Below are positions 47,901 through 58,741 of a stretch of 64,000 nucleotides of DNA, one piece after another. The notes under the pieces were generated by a model. That model saw only the letters and a list, made by a program, of their open reading frames with translations. It was not told the origin of the DNA and made no database searches. The stretch covers positions 1,773,511-1,837,510 of the forward strand of contig OZ253666.1 of NCBI GenBank assembly GCA_965263305.1, given 5' to 3'. The stretch is from Parvularculaceae bacterium (lineage in GTDB: Bacteria > Pseudomonadota > Alphaproteobacteria > Caulobacterales > Parvularculaceae). A program made the translations under genes and the position numbers. Position 1 is the first letter of the stretch; every line of letters starts with the position of its first letter.

Positions 47901-49073
47901 ATGATTGCAGATAGAATTCGTGGGATTCCAAAATCACCCACCGTCGGTATCGCCGATCTTGCAAGCGCTATGCGTCATGAGGGAAAGGACGTTATTGATC
48001 TATCTGCTGGGCGCGCCTCTGAGGCCACCGAGCCGGCGATCTGTGAGGCGGCGACTCGCGCGATGGCGGCCGGCCATACCCATCAGGCGCCCGCGCGGGG
48101 CATTCCTCAATATTTATCAGCGGTCAGTGAGAAGTTAGCGCGAGACAATCACCTATCCCATGACGCCGGCAACGAGGTAATCGCGACATTGGGCTGCAAG
48201 AACGGTCTTGTCCTCACATTGATGTCTATTCTTGATCCGGGTGATGAGGTCATCATTGAAGATCCGTGTTTTGTAAGCTACGCGCCAACTATTGAGTTAT
48301 GCGGCGGGCGCGCCCGCGTCGCGACACTGAAAGCAGAGAATAAATTTCGTTGGACGCCTGAGGATCTCTCTGCAGCCGTCACGCCAAAAACCAAAGCCAT
48401 TCTCTTTTGCTCGCCCCACAACCCCCTCGGCGTTGTGCACAGCGAGGAAGATCTTGAGGTGATTGCCACGGTCGCGCGGGAGAACAATCTCGTCGTGATC
48501 GCGGATGAAATTTATGAGGCCGTCACCTGGGGAGGGCGTCAACACCTTCCAATCGCTTCACTGCCGGGCATGAAACAACGAACGATCGGTCTCATGGGCA
48601 TGACAAAGAGCTATTCCATGGGGGGATGGCGCATCGGGTACGGTTACGGACCCGGCGACATCATCGAGAAAATGGGACTGGTGCAGGGGCACCTCATGAC
48701 ATGCGCCAGCACCATCAATCAGTGGGCCGGCATCGAAGCGCTGTCGGCGTCCGTTACGCAAGGTCTGCGAAACACGACCTGGCGCGACTGGGAAGAGCGG
48801 TGCCGCTTTTTGGCCGGCGCCCTCGATGAAATAAACGGCTTGTCTTGTGAAATGCCCGAGGGGGGGTTCTACGCATGGCTTGATGTCAGTGGGCTCGGCG
48901 TAACAGGTGACTTTTTTTCCGAAAATCTGTTGAAGGCCCATTTCGTCACCACGGTACCCGGTGGCGGTTTCGGTCCATCGAGCGCCAACCGCGTCAGAAT
49001 TACGTGTACGAAATCCTGGGACGATATTAAAACAGCGGCTGACCGTATCGGTCAGTTTGTTGGCTCACTTTAA
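47901..49073 (+). CDS. Class I/II PLP-dependent aminotransferase
   Basis: Aminotransferase fold with a conserved Lys region …GMTKSYSMGGWRIGY… and …FCSPHNPLG…. Confidence 0.8.
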   Translation: MIADRIRGIPKSPTVGIADLASAMRHEGKDVIDLSAGRASEATEPAICEAATRAMAAGHTHQAPARGIPQYLSAVSEKLARDNHLSHDAGNEVIATLGCKNGLVLTLMSILDPGDEVIIEDPCFVSYAPTIELCGGRARVATLKAENKFRWTPEDLSAAVTPKTKAILFCSPHNPLGVVHSEEDLEVIATVARENNLVVIADEIYEAVTWGGRQHLPIASLPGMKQRTIGLMGMTKSYSMGGWRIGYGYGPGDIIEKMGLVQGHLMTCASTINQWAGIEALSASVTQGLRNTTWRDWEERCRFLAGALDEINGLSCEMPEGGFYAWLDVSGLGVTGDFFSENLLKAHFVTTVPGGGFGPSSANRVRITCTKSWDDIKTAADRIGQFVGSL

Positions 49074-49097
49074 CCTGGCGTAAGGAGAGAAATCCTG

Positions 49098-50651
49098 ATG
49101 CGCAAAATTGCTTTCGCCTTCTTCCTCTTGTTCGTTTTGCCCTTTGCTTCCGCCCACGCGCGCGAACATACAGCGGCGGACCGTGAAGCGCTTTACGAAG
49201 ATATTGTCGCGAAAATAATGGCGCGCGAGGCGTTTTCGGAGATCAAGAACAAAGCGTACGGTGTTTCCTATCCAGAGGCGTTTGAGGCGCATCGTCAGAA
49301 TTTTATCGATGCCGATACGGATGAAGAGTTATTTTACGCCATCGTAAAACTGTCAAACGCGCGTAACGATCGCCACCTCTCTGTCGACCAAGTGGAGGGC
49401 GGTCTTCAACTCCCGTCTCGCCCTGATCTCATTGCACCGGTGACGTTTCTTTATGATTTTGACGCCGAACAATCCGCCTTTTTCGTCTCAGGTCTCGCCG
49501 AGGATCTTGGTGATGTTGAGAATGGTGGAAAACTGAAGGTTGGTGATCGCCTGGTTTCAATCAACGGTGTTCCTATTAAAGAGTATATCGAGCAAATTCG
49601 TCCCTTTCATCGCGGATCCACTGAAGCCAATTTCATGATGCGCCTGGCGATGTTGCTCAATCAAAAAAGCGATTTTTTGCCGCCCCGTTTTTACGGCGAT
49701 CGGTTCGTCGCGACGCTAAAGCCACAGCGCGGTAGAACGTTCCAAATATCGGCGCCGTACAAGTCGAGGGATGACGTCTCGATTAAGTCAGCTTGGGTTC
49801 AAGAGTATCCTGGTTTTGAAAAAGTATTGAGTTTCACGTCGTTTGATTTTTATCGGCGAACGGACGACAAAAAAATCGTCCTCTTTGATTGGTATGGATT
49901 TCGAAGTGATATCGTCGATTCCATGGATGCGGTCATGGATTACGCACGCGAAGAAGGGTTGCTTGATCATGATGTGATATGGGACGGCACGCAGTCGCGC
50001 GGCGGCGGTCGCGGGGCGTACGCTATTCAGCGCCTCCAGCCTAAACCGTTCAAAACGACGTTTGGCAATGTCCGGAATAGCGATGTCATCCCTCTTTTCA
50101 TCGAGGGGCGGGTTAAGACGTATAATGAACGGCGGGCCCAAAGCGATGGTGCGGTTGAAACCGTCGATGATGGGTCTTGGCTGATAGATTGGCTCACCGG
50201 TGACGTCACTAAGGGGCTGGAAGCAGGGCAGCGATACTCCAACGACGTGCCGTTCAAGTCAGCGCATTTGCCTGAATATTCTGATGGTGTCCTCGATCCC
50301 GCGCCTGTGCATTTTACCGGGCGCATGGTTTGTTGGTTGGGCCCCCGCGGCGGATCTCACCTTGATCAATTCTCTGCAATGGTGCGCGATAACGACCTTT
50401 GTGAAATGCTTGGTATGCCGACTGGCGGATACTCGAACACATGGGAGTGGGAAGAAAACCTCACATGGCCGGGTAGCGATGAGCCGGTAACCAGCTTCAT
50501 GTGGAGCATTGGTCACACCGTAAGGCCGAATGGTGAAGTGCTCGAGGGGAATCCCGCCGCTGTTGATGAGTTCATTCCGCTCACGGCGCAAAATGTCACT
50601 GACTATTACTCAATTCTCTTAAACCGTTCATACGAAATCTTGGGCAAATGA
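49098..50651 (+). CDS. Secreted PDZ-domain protein, probable S41-family (C-terminal-processing/tricorn-like) peptidase
   Basis: Signal peptide, a PDZ-like segment …LKVGDRLVSINGVPIKEYIEQ…, and overall S41-like architecture. The catalytic dyad is not confidently located. Confidence 0.45.
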   Translation: MRKIAFAFFLLFVLPFASAHAREHTAADREALYEDIVAKIMAREAFSEIKNKAYGVSYPEAFEAHRQNFIDADTDEELFYAIVKLSNARNDRHLSVDQVEGGLQLPSRPDLIAPVTFLYDFDAEQSAFFVSGLAEDLGDVENGGKLKVGDRLVSINGVPIKEYIEQIRPFHRGSTEANFMMRLAMLLNQKSDFLPPRFYGDRFVATLKPQRGRTFQISAPYKSRDDVSIKSAWVQEYPGFEKVLSFTSFDFYRRTDDKKIVLFDWYGFRSDIVDSMDAVMDYAREEGLLDHDVIWDGTQSRGGGRGAYAIQRLQPKPFKTTFGNVRNSDVIPLFIEGRVKTYNERRAQSDGAVETVDDGSWLIDWLTGDVTKGLEAGQRYSNDVPFKSAHLPEYSDGVLDPAPVHFTGRMVCWLGPRGGSHLDQFSAMVRDNDLCEMLGMPTGGYSNTWEWEENLTWPGSDEPVTSFMWSIGHTVRPNGEVLEGNPAAVDEFIPLTAQNVTDYYSILLNRSYEILGK

Positions 50652-51919
50652 CCAGCGCAGAGAGTGACAGCGCCACAACTTCAGGCGTGGGTTTTTTCCG
50701 TTTTTACACGAATAGATCATTAGGATTGAAAATCCTCATCTGGATGGGTGTCGGCATCGTTGCGGGCATCGTTTTCGGTGAGCGGGCGACGATTGTTGCA
50801 CCAATTGGAGACTTGTTCATCAAGCTCCTATTGATGGCGGCGGTGCCTTTGGTGTTTTTCAACCTGATTGCCGGCATCACCAGCCTGTCAAACATCGCCA
50901 TTTTAGGGCGCTTGGGCCTTCGCACCTTCGCGTATTATGTCACCACGACGGCCGCAGCCCTAACCCTTGGGTTGACGATGGCGAGTTTGTTCAAGCCGGG
51001 TCTCGGCATGAAGCTGACCGAACAAGTCGGCGATGACTTCGGGGAGGTGCCCGAGGTGACACAAGTCATTTTGGACCTTTTTCCCGAGAATATATTTAGG
51101 GCGTTTTCCGAAGGAAATATTGGCCAGGTCGTCGTCTTTGCAATTTTCATTGGTGTCACCACGCTACTGTTGCCCGGTGAACAAAAGGAAAAACTGCAGG
51201 ACTTTTTTGCGCTCATCGCTGAACTATTGCGCAAGCTCGTCGGGGTGATTTTGTACTTTGGGCCGATTGGCGTCGGCGCCCTCGCCGCCAATACGGTGGG
51301 GGAATATGGCGGCGCGGTCTTTGGGCCGTTGGCGAGGTTCATCGGAACCGTTTGGTTTACGCACTTGGTCATGATGTGTTTCTACATGGTGATGCTCGTG
51401 CTCCTGTCACGCCGCAATCCCCTCGATTGGCTGCGCACAACATCGCCTCTTTACGCGACAACCGCCGCGACGTGCTCCAGCTTGGCGAGCCTCGTTGTCG
51501 CCATGGATGTCGCTGAAAATAGGTTGAAACTGCCTCAGGACGTTTTCAGTTTCACGCTGCCCCTCGGCGCTCAACTCAACAAAGACGGGACGTCAATTAT
51601 GTTGACGACCGTTCTTCTGTTCACGGCGCAAGCTGCGGGCGTTGATTTCACGTTGACACAGGCGGTGACCATTATTTTGATCGGGTTGCTGCTATCAGAA
51701 GGATCAGGCGGCATCCCAGGCGGCGGGCTCGTCATCGCGCTCATCTTTGTTGAGGCCTTCAATCTACCTGTCGAAATTGCCGGCATCGTTGCGGGGATTT
51801 ACCGCCTCATCGATATGGGGAGTACAACGGTGAACGTCATGGGCGATCTTGTCTGGACAACGATTTTGTCGGACCAGGAAAAGAAAGCGTCCGATGAAAC
51901 CTTGAGTTACGGATCGTAA
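50648..51919 (+). CDS. Dicarboxylate/amino acid:cation symporter (DAACS family)
   Basis: GltP-like topology with the conserved C-terminal half …GTSIMLT…IPGGGLVIALIFVEAF… Start overlaps the upstream stop (ATGA). Confidence 0.8.
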   Translation: MTSAESDSATTSGVGFFRFYTNRSLGLKILIWMGVGIVAGIVFGERATIVAPIGDLFIKLLLMAAVPLVFFNLIAGITSLSNIAILGRLGLRTFAYYVTTTAAALTLGLTMASLFKPGLGMKLTEQVGDDFGEVPEVTQVILDLFPENIFRAFSEGNIGQVVVFAIFIGVTTLLLPGEQKEKLQDFFALIAELLRKLVGVILYFGPIGVGALAANTVGEYGGAVFGPLARFIGTVWFTHLVMMCFYMVMLVLLSRRNPLDWLRTTSPLYATTAATCSSLASLVVAMDVAENRLKLPQDVFSFTLPLGAQLNKDGTSIMLTTVLLFTAQAAGVDFTLTQAVTIILIGLLLSEGSGGIPGGGLVIALIFVEAFNLPVEIAGIVAGIYRLIDMGSTTVNVMGDLVWTTILSDQEKKASDETLSYGS

Positions 51920-51921
51920 CA

Positions 51922-54900
51922 ATGAGTCCTTTCTTAAAGTGGGTTTTGCCACTGTTCGTCACACTTGTTTCCTCAGTGTGCATGCCTAGCGCTGTGTTTT
52001 CGGCGACGCCATCGGACACGGCCAATCAATATGATGGTATGGAATGGCGTTTTGTCGGGCCTTACCGAGGGGGCCGCGTTAACGCCGTCGTCGGTCACCC
52101 AGTGGATCGAATGACGTTCTATGCTGGATATACCGGCGGCGGCATATGGAAAACCGATGATGGGGGCGTCAGTTGGCGCAATTTATCCGACGGGTATTTC
52201 AATGTTGGCTCCATCGGCGCGCTCGCCATAGCAGAGAGCGAACCATCGGTTATATACGCAGGCACAGGGGAGCATGCTCTGCGCGGCGACGTCTCCCATG
52301 GCGATGGGGTATACAAATCAACCGACGGCGGTGAAACATGGAAAAATGTTGGACTGTCAGAGACGCACCAAATCGCCGAGATCTTGGTTCACCCGACAAA
52401 CCCAGACATCGTATACGTCGCGGCGTTGGGCCATTTCGCCGGGCCGAATGATCAGCGGGGCGTGTTTCGTTCCCAAGACGGCGGGGAGACGTGGAAACGG
52501 GTTCTCTTCGTGTCGAGGGATGCCGGCGCCATTGAGATCGAAATAAGCAGACGGGATCCGGATTTACTTTTCGCCGCCACCTGGGATGTGCGCCGGTTCC
52601 CCTGGGGGATCCGCAGCGCGGGGCCAGATAGCAGAATTTTTCGCTCGCGCGATGGTGGCGATAACTGGACCGATATCTCAGAACGACCCGGGCTCCCAAA
52701 AGGTGCAAAAGAGAAAATCGGCCTCGGATTGAGCGATGCGAAGCGCGGACGCATTTGGGCATTGGTATCCGGGGAGACGGGCCGCGGGGTTTATCGCAGT
52801 GATGATTTTGGGGAGACGTGGTCTCTCACCGTGAACCAGAAAAAACTGCTCGCCCGCACGTATTATTTTAATCACATGACGGCAGACCCGCAGGACCCAA
52901 ACACGGTCTACATCCTTAATGATCGTTTGTGGCGATCAACCGATGGCGGGCAAACATTCGATCGGTTGCCCCACCACCATGCTGACCATCATGCAATGTG
53001 GATCGACCCTAAAGACAATGCCCGTATCATTGACGGGACGGATGGCGGCGCAGAAATAAGCTTCAATGGCGGTCAGACCTGGTCAACGCTATTCAATCAG
53101 CCCACGGGACAATTTTACTCCCTGACCCTAGATAATGATACGCCCTACAATCTCTATGGCGCGCAACAAGACTGGTCGACCATCGGTCTTCCGTCGCGAC
53201 ATAAAAGATCAAGAACCGGCGCGCAGAACTTCTTTGATACCGCATATTCTGAGGCGGGAAGGGTGGCCTTTGATCAGCGTGATCCAAATATCCTCTATAT
53301 CAGCGATCATCACTGGTTGTTGCGCTACAATAAAAAAGATGGCGGCGCTCAATATGTGGGTCCGCGTGATGAAACGAATTATGGTTGGGGAACGGCGGAT
53401 ATTAAGTACCGCTTCAACTGGACATTTCCGGTTCTCGCCTCCCAACATGATAACCGTACCCTTTATACGGGCTCGCAATACCTCCACCGATCGCGGGACG
53501 GCGGAAAAACATGGCAGGAAATCAGCCCCGACTTAACGAGAGCTGATCCGGACACCCTCGAACAAACGCCGCTTCCAAATACGGATAATGTGAGCAATCC
53601 GGAATATTGGGGACCGCTGACACGCGATAGCAACGGCGATCACTGGATCGCCACGCTCTATTCGGTGGCTGAATCGCCGGTTAAAAAAGGCGTGCTTTGG
53701 ACCGGGTCTGATGATGGCTACGTCCATGTCACCATGGATGGCGGACAAAAATGGTCAAATGTCACACCGCCAGATATGCCTGATTATGCGCTCATTACAC
53801 GGATCGAAGCGAGCCCACATGAATCGGCGGCGGCCTATGTTACGGCGAGCGCCTATAAAACGGATCGATACGAAACAATTGTCTACCGCACCAATGACGG
53901 CGGCGAAAACTGGACAAAAATTGTCCATGGGTTGCCGCAAAATGAGATTGTGAGATCGATTGTTGCCGATCCACAGGTCAAAGGGTTGCTTTACGCAGGC
54001 GGCGAGACCGGCGCCTACATCTCGCATGACGATGGCGATCACTGGACGAGCATGCGTCTAAATATGCCCGCCGTGCCAGTTTATGAGATGAAAATTCGCG
54101 GCGATGATTTGGCGATTGCGACTCATGGCCGGGGCTTCTGGATCATGGATGATTTGTCGGTGTTTCGCCAAGAGCCGGTCACCAGGCCTATTCAGACAAA
54201 GCTTTTTAAACCCGCCATGGCGCGTCGGTGGTCGGGCAGTTGGGCGTCGCGTGGGAACGCGCCCAATGGTGCGGTCATTCGGTATCGCCTGATGGATCGC
54301 GCCCAAAACGTGACGTTGGAAATTCTTGATAAAGACAAACAGTCCATTCGTCGTTTTGACAATGGGGCGGACGGGTTGAGCGCCGAGCCGGGGCTTCATC
54401 ATTTTGTTTGGGATCTACGATATCCAAACGCGGCCCAAGCGCCAGGCGTTGTCACGCGCGGAAACCAACAGGTCGGACCGGTTGCTGTTCCGGGCGAATA
54501 TATAGCGCGTTTGGTCGTTGATGGGGTGGCGTTTAGTGCGCCCTTCATGGTGGAAAAGGATCCGCGCGTCTCAGCGACGTCATCGGATTTGCGCCAGAAA
54601 TTTGAGTTTCTCTCTGATATTCGCAATCAGCTCGATGTGCTCAATAAAACAGTGATTCAACTTCGCTCAATCAACCGTCAGCTTGATGATCGGTTATTAC
54701 AGATCGGACCAAGCGAAACAGAAATCCGCGCCCAGGCGGCGGCGCTGAAGGCGGACCTTCGGGCGATTGAAGTTCAGCTTGTGCAAGTCAATGCGAAAGC
54801 GCGAAAAGATCTGCATGCAAACCCGGTCGCGCTCAATGATAAATTTTATCGGCTATCAAATTTTGTCTCGCGGGCTGATGCGGCGCCGACGCCGACCCAG

Positions 54901-55089
54901 AGGGGAATGTTCGCAGAATTTTCAACGCCAACATTAGCCGCAATCGGGTCGATGAAACCGTTACTCGATACAACCCTGCCGACACTCAATGATCTGCTGG
55001 TGTTGCAAAACTTAACGCCAATAGACCCAGCGTTGAATGATCTCAAAGAAAATGAGAGCCAAGAAAGAGCGCCAAGCATGCCTCGATAG
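51922..55089 (+). CDS. Large secreted BNR/Asp-box repeat (sortilin/GH74-like beta-propeller) protein
   Basis: Signal peptide and many S-x-D-x-G-x-T-W repeats (YKSTDGGETWK, FRSQDGGETWK, FRSRDGGDNWT, YRSDDFGETWS, WRSTDGGQTF, HRSRDGGKTWQ, YRTNDGGENWT…). Confidence 0.65.
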   Translation: MSPFLKWVLPLFVTLVSSVCMPSAVFSATPSDTANQYDGMEWRFVGPYRGGRVNAVVGHPVDRMTFYAGYTGGGIWKTDDGGVSWRNLSDGYFNVGSIGALAIAESEPSVIYAGTGEHALRGDVSHGDGVYKSTDGGETWKNVGLSETHQIAEILVHPTNPDIVYVAALGHFAGPNDQRGVFRSQDGGETWKRVLFVSRDAGAIEIEISRRDPDLLFAATWDVRRFPWGIRSAGPDSRIFRSRDGGDNWTDISERPGLPKGAKEKIGLGLSDAKRGRIWALVSGETGRGVYRSDDFGETWSLTVNQKKLLARTYYFNHMTADPQDPNTVYILNDRLWRSTDGGQTFDRLPHHHADHHAMWIDPKDNARIIDGTDGGAEISFNGGQTWSTLFNQPTGQFYSLTLDNDTPYNLYGAQQDWSTIGLPSRHKRSRTGAQNFFDTAYSEAGRVAFDQRDPNILYISDHHWLLRYNKKDGGAQYVGPRDETNYGWGTADIKYRFNWTFPVLASQHDNRTLYTGSQYLHRSRDGGKTWQEISPDLTRADPDTLEQTPLPNTDNVSNPEYWGPLTRDSNGDHWIATLYSVAESPVKKGVLWTGSDDGYVHVTMDGGQKWSNVTPPDMPDYALITRIEASPHESAAAYVTASAYKTDRYETIVYRTNDGGENWTKIVHGLPQNEIVRSIVADPQVKGLLYAGGETGAYISHDDGDHWTSMRLNMPAVPVYEMKIRGDDLAIATHGRGFWIMDDLSVFRQEPVTRPIQTKLFKPAMARRWSGSWASRGNAPNGAVIRYRLMDRAQNVTLEILDKDKQSIRRFDNGADGLSAEPGLHHFVWDLRYPNAAQAPGVVTRGNQQVGPVAVPGEYIARLVVDGVAFSAPFMVEKDPRVSATSSDLRQKFEFLSDIRNQLDVLNKTVIQLRSINRQLDDRLLQIGPSETEIRAQAAALKADLRAIEVQLVQVNAKARKDLHANPVALNDKFYRLSNFVSRADAAPTPTQRGMFAEFSTPTLAAIGSMKPLLDTTLPTLNDLLVLQNLTPIDPALNDLKENESQERAPSMPR

Positions 55090-55093
55090 CGAC

Positions 55094-55135
55094 CCAAAAA
55101 AACCGGGGCGCTTTTTTGGCGTCCCGGTTTTTTTA
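55094..55135. terminator. Bidirectional rho-independent terminator (A-run, stem CCGGGGCGC/GGCGTCCCGG with T6 loop, then T-run) between convergent genes
   Basis: AAAAAAACCGGGGCGCTTTTTTGGCGTCCCGGTTTTTTT read directly from the sequence. Confidence 0.55.
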
Positions 55136-55155
55136 CGATGGTCGTTCGTTTGTCG

Positions 55156-57891
55156 CTAAAGGTCGTTGATGGATTTTACTTCCAGCGGGCCAAGGTTCAG
55201 GGCGGAGACGCCTTCTTCGATTTTTTCGCGATCGCCGACAATAACCCAAATCAGGCTATCGGGGTGGATGACCTCATTTGCAGCTGACGTAATATCATCC
55301 AAGCTCAACGCCTCGTATTTTCCTTTGAGGGTTGTCGGATAATTCCAATCACGTCCGTACCGATTGCTTGCCTGCAAGCTGCCAAGAACATTGCCGGCCG
55401 TCTCAAAAGATCCCGGTAGGGATCTTGTGTTGTTCGCAACGGCGCGCGTCAATTCTGTTTCGGTTGCGGGCGCTGTTGTTTTGAAAGCGTTCAGCTCTCG
55501 AAGGATTTCCGCGATAGATTGGGAAGTTTTATCCGTTTGGACCGGGGCGAAAACCATATAAGGGCGTTGGCCGCGGGCGCCTTGTAGGAAGGTGTAGGCG
55601 CCATAGGCCCAGCCTTTGTCTTCGCGCAGATTCATGTTGACGCGTGCGGTGAACTGACCGCCGATGATGTCGTTCATGGCCGTAATGGCGATGTTATTCT
55701 CAGCGCCCGTCGGCGGTGCAACATGGCCAGCGAGAATTTGGGATTGGGGTGATCCCGGTTTGTCGATGATGATCACCTTGCCCTTTTCAGGGCGGACGAC
55801 CTCAGCGACGTTTTTAACCGGTAGGGCGCTGCGCGGCGCCGCCCAATTGCCAAACACGCGATCGAGCTGAGGTTTAATTTCCGCCATCGTCGTATCGCCG
55901 ACCACAAAGATGGTCGCATTATCCGGGCGAAGCCACTGTTGATGAAACGTGGATAAGTCGGACGGCGTTAGAGAATTGATCGAGGCTTCGGTGCCAGATC
56001 CGGTGAACGGCACGCCATAGGCGTGGGTCTCGCCATAAATCTCCGGCGGCAAAAGGCGCAGGGCAAGCTGGGTTGGGTTTGCTTTTTCTTGCGCGATGCC
56101 GGCGAGCCAACGGTTGCGCAGCTTGTCCATTTCAGTTTGGTCAAAGGCCGGATTCCGCACGACGTCCGCCAATACATCGAGGGATGGTCCGAGCTTTGAT
56201 TTCAGAGCGGAAAGAGAAACACCCGTTGTGTCCAACGAAGACCCAACGCCCAATGTGGCGCCGAGGCCTTCAAGTTCTTCAGCGATTTTCAGCGCTGAAC
56301 GACGCTTGGTGCCTTCGTCGAGCATCGCGCCGGTGAAGGACGCAAGGCCGAGTTTCCCGCCATCCACGCTATCGGCGGCGTAACCGGCGTCAAACTGGAC
56401 GGCGACATTAACGACCGGGACCGCGCTGCGCGTCGCCAGGACAACCTTCATGCCATTACCCAAGGTCGTTTCTTCCACGGTGGGGAAGGTGAGGTCCGGC
56501 GAAGTTGGGACGGCGGGCAGCCCTTTTGAGCGATCAATGCCAGCAGATGTCGTGTGATCCGCATAAGGGATAACATCGAGCTGATAATAGCCGGCGTTCA
56601 TCACGTCACGAGCGGCGGCCAGAACGTCTCTCGGTGTCGCCTCGCGCAACCAGTTAAGTTGTTTTAGAATGAAACCAGGATCATCGGCATAAAGAGCGCC
56701 TTCGGCCAGCGTAACGGCTTTGCCGCCGAACCCGCCGACTTTCTCAAGACCGCGAATTAGCCCCGCTTCGATGGATGTTTTTGATCGTTCCAGTTCCGCC
56801 GCTGTTGGGCCGCGCGCCAAAAATTGGTCGATGACCGCATTCATCTCCTTTTCAACGAGGGCGAGATCGGCGTCTTTCTTTGCGTCAACCGTGACCGAGT
56901 AGAAGCCTAATAGCTCTTGGGCTTGATTATCCGCTCGAGCCGTTGTCGCCACTTCAAGATCATAAACAAGGCGCTGGTAAAGGCGGGATGTTTTTCCGCC
57001 GCCTAGAACGTCGGCGGCAAGGTTTAACAGAATGGAGTCTTTCGTTGTTCGTCCTGGCGCCACCCAATTGCGATCAAGACGCGGCTGGGGCACGCGATCA
57101 TACATGATCTCGCGCTTGTTTTCGCTGAGCTGCGGCGCGTTCGCTTTTGTGCGCGTTAGTGGCGGGCCGGCGTCGATGTCGCCGAAATACTTTTTGACGA
57201 GGGGCTTGGCGGTCGCCGCGTCGATATCGCCGGCGAGAACGAGCACAGCGTTTGAGGCGCCGTAATATTGCTTGAACCAGTCTTTCACATCGTCGAGGGA
57301 AGCGGCGTCGAGATCCGCGAGCGAACCAATTGTGGTATGGCCATAAGGGTGCCCAGCGGGCAGTAAGCCGGCAAGCGTCGGATACTGCATCCGTCCGTAC
57401 GGGGCGTTATCGCCTTGGCGCTTTTCGTTTTGGACCACACCGCGTTGCTCATCGAGTTTTTCCTGGGTGACGGCGCCCAATAGATGGCCCATACGGTCGG
57501 ACTCCATCCACAACACGCGCTCTAAAGCGGGGGTTGGAACCGTTTGGAAATAATTCGTGCGGTCAAACCAGGTAGTTCCGTTCAGGTCCGTTGCGCCGAC
57601 TTCCTCAAGAGGCTCAAACCACTCGCCGTCATAGTTCTCGCTGCCATTGAACATCAGGTGCTCAAAGAGATGCGCAAAGCCGGTCTTGCCTTCAGGTTCG
57701 TCTTTAGAGCCGACATGGTACCAAATGGACACCGCGACGAGGGGGGCTTTGCGATCCTCGTGCACGACAACGCGCAAGCCGTTGTCGAGAGTGAATTGCT
57801 CATAGGGCAAGCTGATGTCAGCGGCGGCTGTCGGCGCGGTCATCGCGGCGAGGGCGGCGAACGCTGCCGCCGCGAAAACGAGTTTTTTCAT
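55156..57891 (-). CDS. Secreted M16-family (pitrilysin/insulinase-like) zinc peptidase, two-unit architecture
   Basis: Signal peptide and the inverted zinc motif GFAHLFEHLMF (HxxEH). 911 aa with duplicated M16 halves. Confidence 0.8.
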   Translation of the reverse strand: MKKLVFAAAAFAALAAMTAPTAAADISLPYEQFTLDNGLRVVVHEDRKAPLVAVSIWYHVGSKDEPEGKTGFAHLFEHLMFNGSENYDGEWFEPLEEVGATDLNGTTWFDRTNYFQTVPTPALERVLWMESDRMGHLLGAVTQEKLDEQRGVVQNEKRQGDNAPYGRMQYPTLAGLLPAGHPYGHTTIGSLADLDAASLDDVKDWFKQYYGASNAVLVLAGDIDAATAKPLVKKYFGDIDAGPPLTRTKANAPQLSENKREIMYDRVPQPRLDRNWVAPGRTTKDSILLNLAADVLGGGKTSRLYQRLVYDLEVATTARADNQAQELLGFYSVTVDAKKDADLALVEKEMNAVIDQFLARGPTAAELERSKTSIEAGLIRGLEKVGGFGGKAVTLAEGALYADDPGFILKQLNWLREATPRDVLAAARDVMNAGYYQLDVIPYADHTTSAGIDRSKGLPAVPTSPDLTFPTVEETTLGNGMKVVLATRSAVPVVNVAVQFDAGYAADSVDGGKLGLASFTGAMLDEGTKRRSALKIAEELEGLGATLGVGSSLDTTGVSLSALKSKLGPSLDVLADVVRNPAFDQTEMDKLRNRWLAGIAQEKANPTQLALRLLPPEIYGETHAYGVPFTGSGTEASINSLTPSDLSTFHQQWLRPDNATIFVVGDTTMAEIKPQLDRVFGNWAAPRSALPVKNVAEVVRPEKGKVIIIDKPGSPQSQILAGHVAPPTGAENNIAITAMNDIIGGQFTARVNMNLREDKGWAYGAYTFLQGARGQRPYMVFAPVQTDKTSQSIAEILRELNAFKTTAPATETELTRAVANNTRSLPGSFETAGNVLGSLQASNRYGRDWNYPTTLKGKYEALSLDDITSAANEVIHPDSLIWVIVGDREKIEEGVSALNLGPLEVKSINDL

Positions 57892-58055
57892 GATTGACCA
57901 TCCCTCTTGAAACGCAATTTTAGCAAAATTGTTCAGGGGACCGTCGCGATGCCGCCTTGCGCCGTCAAGGGGCGGGAGGGGTTATGCTAACCGCCTCACC
58001 GTATTTTGCACTCCGTTCGGCGTCTCGTTGACGATCGAAGGGTCTATAGACGCGT

Positions 58056-58616
58056 CTATCGAGGCGCGCGTTTGGCGAGAATGCGCTGAAGTGTTCGGCG
58101 ATGCATGCCTAGGCGGCGGGCGGTTTCTGAGACGTTATGATCACAAAGCTCATAAACGCGCTGAATATGTTCCCATCGCACTCGATCGGCCGACATAGGG
58201 TTTTCCGGCGGTTCAGGCCGCTGCCCTGCCGGCGCTAACAGGGCCTTTTCCACATCATCGGCGTCAGCGGGCTTTGATAGGTAATCGATAGCGCCGGCTT
58301 TTACCGCCGCGACGGCCGTCGCGATATTGCCGTACCCGGTGAGCACGACGACGCGGCAATCCTCGCGTTTTTCGTGGATGGCGTTGACGACTTTTAGCCC
58401 GTCCCCGTCCTCCAAGCGCAGATCGACAACCGCGAAAGCGGGCGGCTTTTCATTGGCCATTCGGATCGCTTCCGAAACGCCACTTGCGAGGTCAGGGGTA
58501 AACCCTCGACGTTCCATGGCGCGGCCGAGGCGGCGTCGGAACGCTTCGTCATCATCGACGATCAGCAGTGATGCGTCGTCGGGAAGGTTTTCGTTTAACG
58601 GTTTTTCGTCGGTCAT
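58056..58616 (-). CDS. regA: Redox-responding response regulator RegA/ActR/PrrA
   Basis: Receiver …SLLIVDDDEAFRRRLGRAMERRGF…VVDLRLEDGDGL… plus a near-invariant C-terminal Fis-type HTH …NPMSADRVRWEHIQRVYELCDHNVSETARRLGMHRRTLQRILAKRAPR. Start at internal Met by analogy with RegA length. Confidence 0.85.
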   Translation of the reverse strand: MTDEKPLNENLPDDASLLIVDDDEAFRRRLGRAMERRGFTPDLASGVSEAIRMANEKPPAFAVVDLRLEDGDGLKVVNAIHEKREDCRVVVLTGYGNIATAVAAVKAGAIDYLSKPADADDVEKALLAPAGQRPEPPENPMSADRVRWEHIQRVYELCDHNVSETARRLGMHRRTLQRILAKRAPR

Positions 58617-58741
58617 GGGGGCGGTGTCCAGCATAATAGGGGTACGCAACTTTCACGTGAGTCGATCACTATTTCCGTGCGTTTGATATAGGTGCAATGA
58701 CTGCGCAAGTGAATATTCGTCGTCGATTTCAATGGGATATT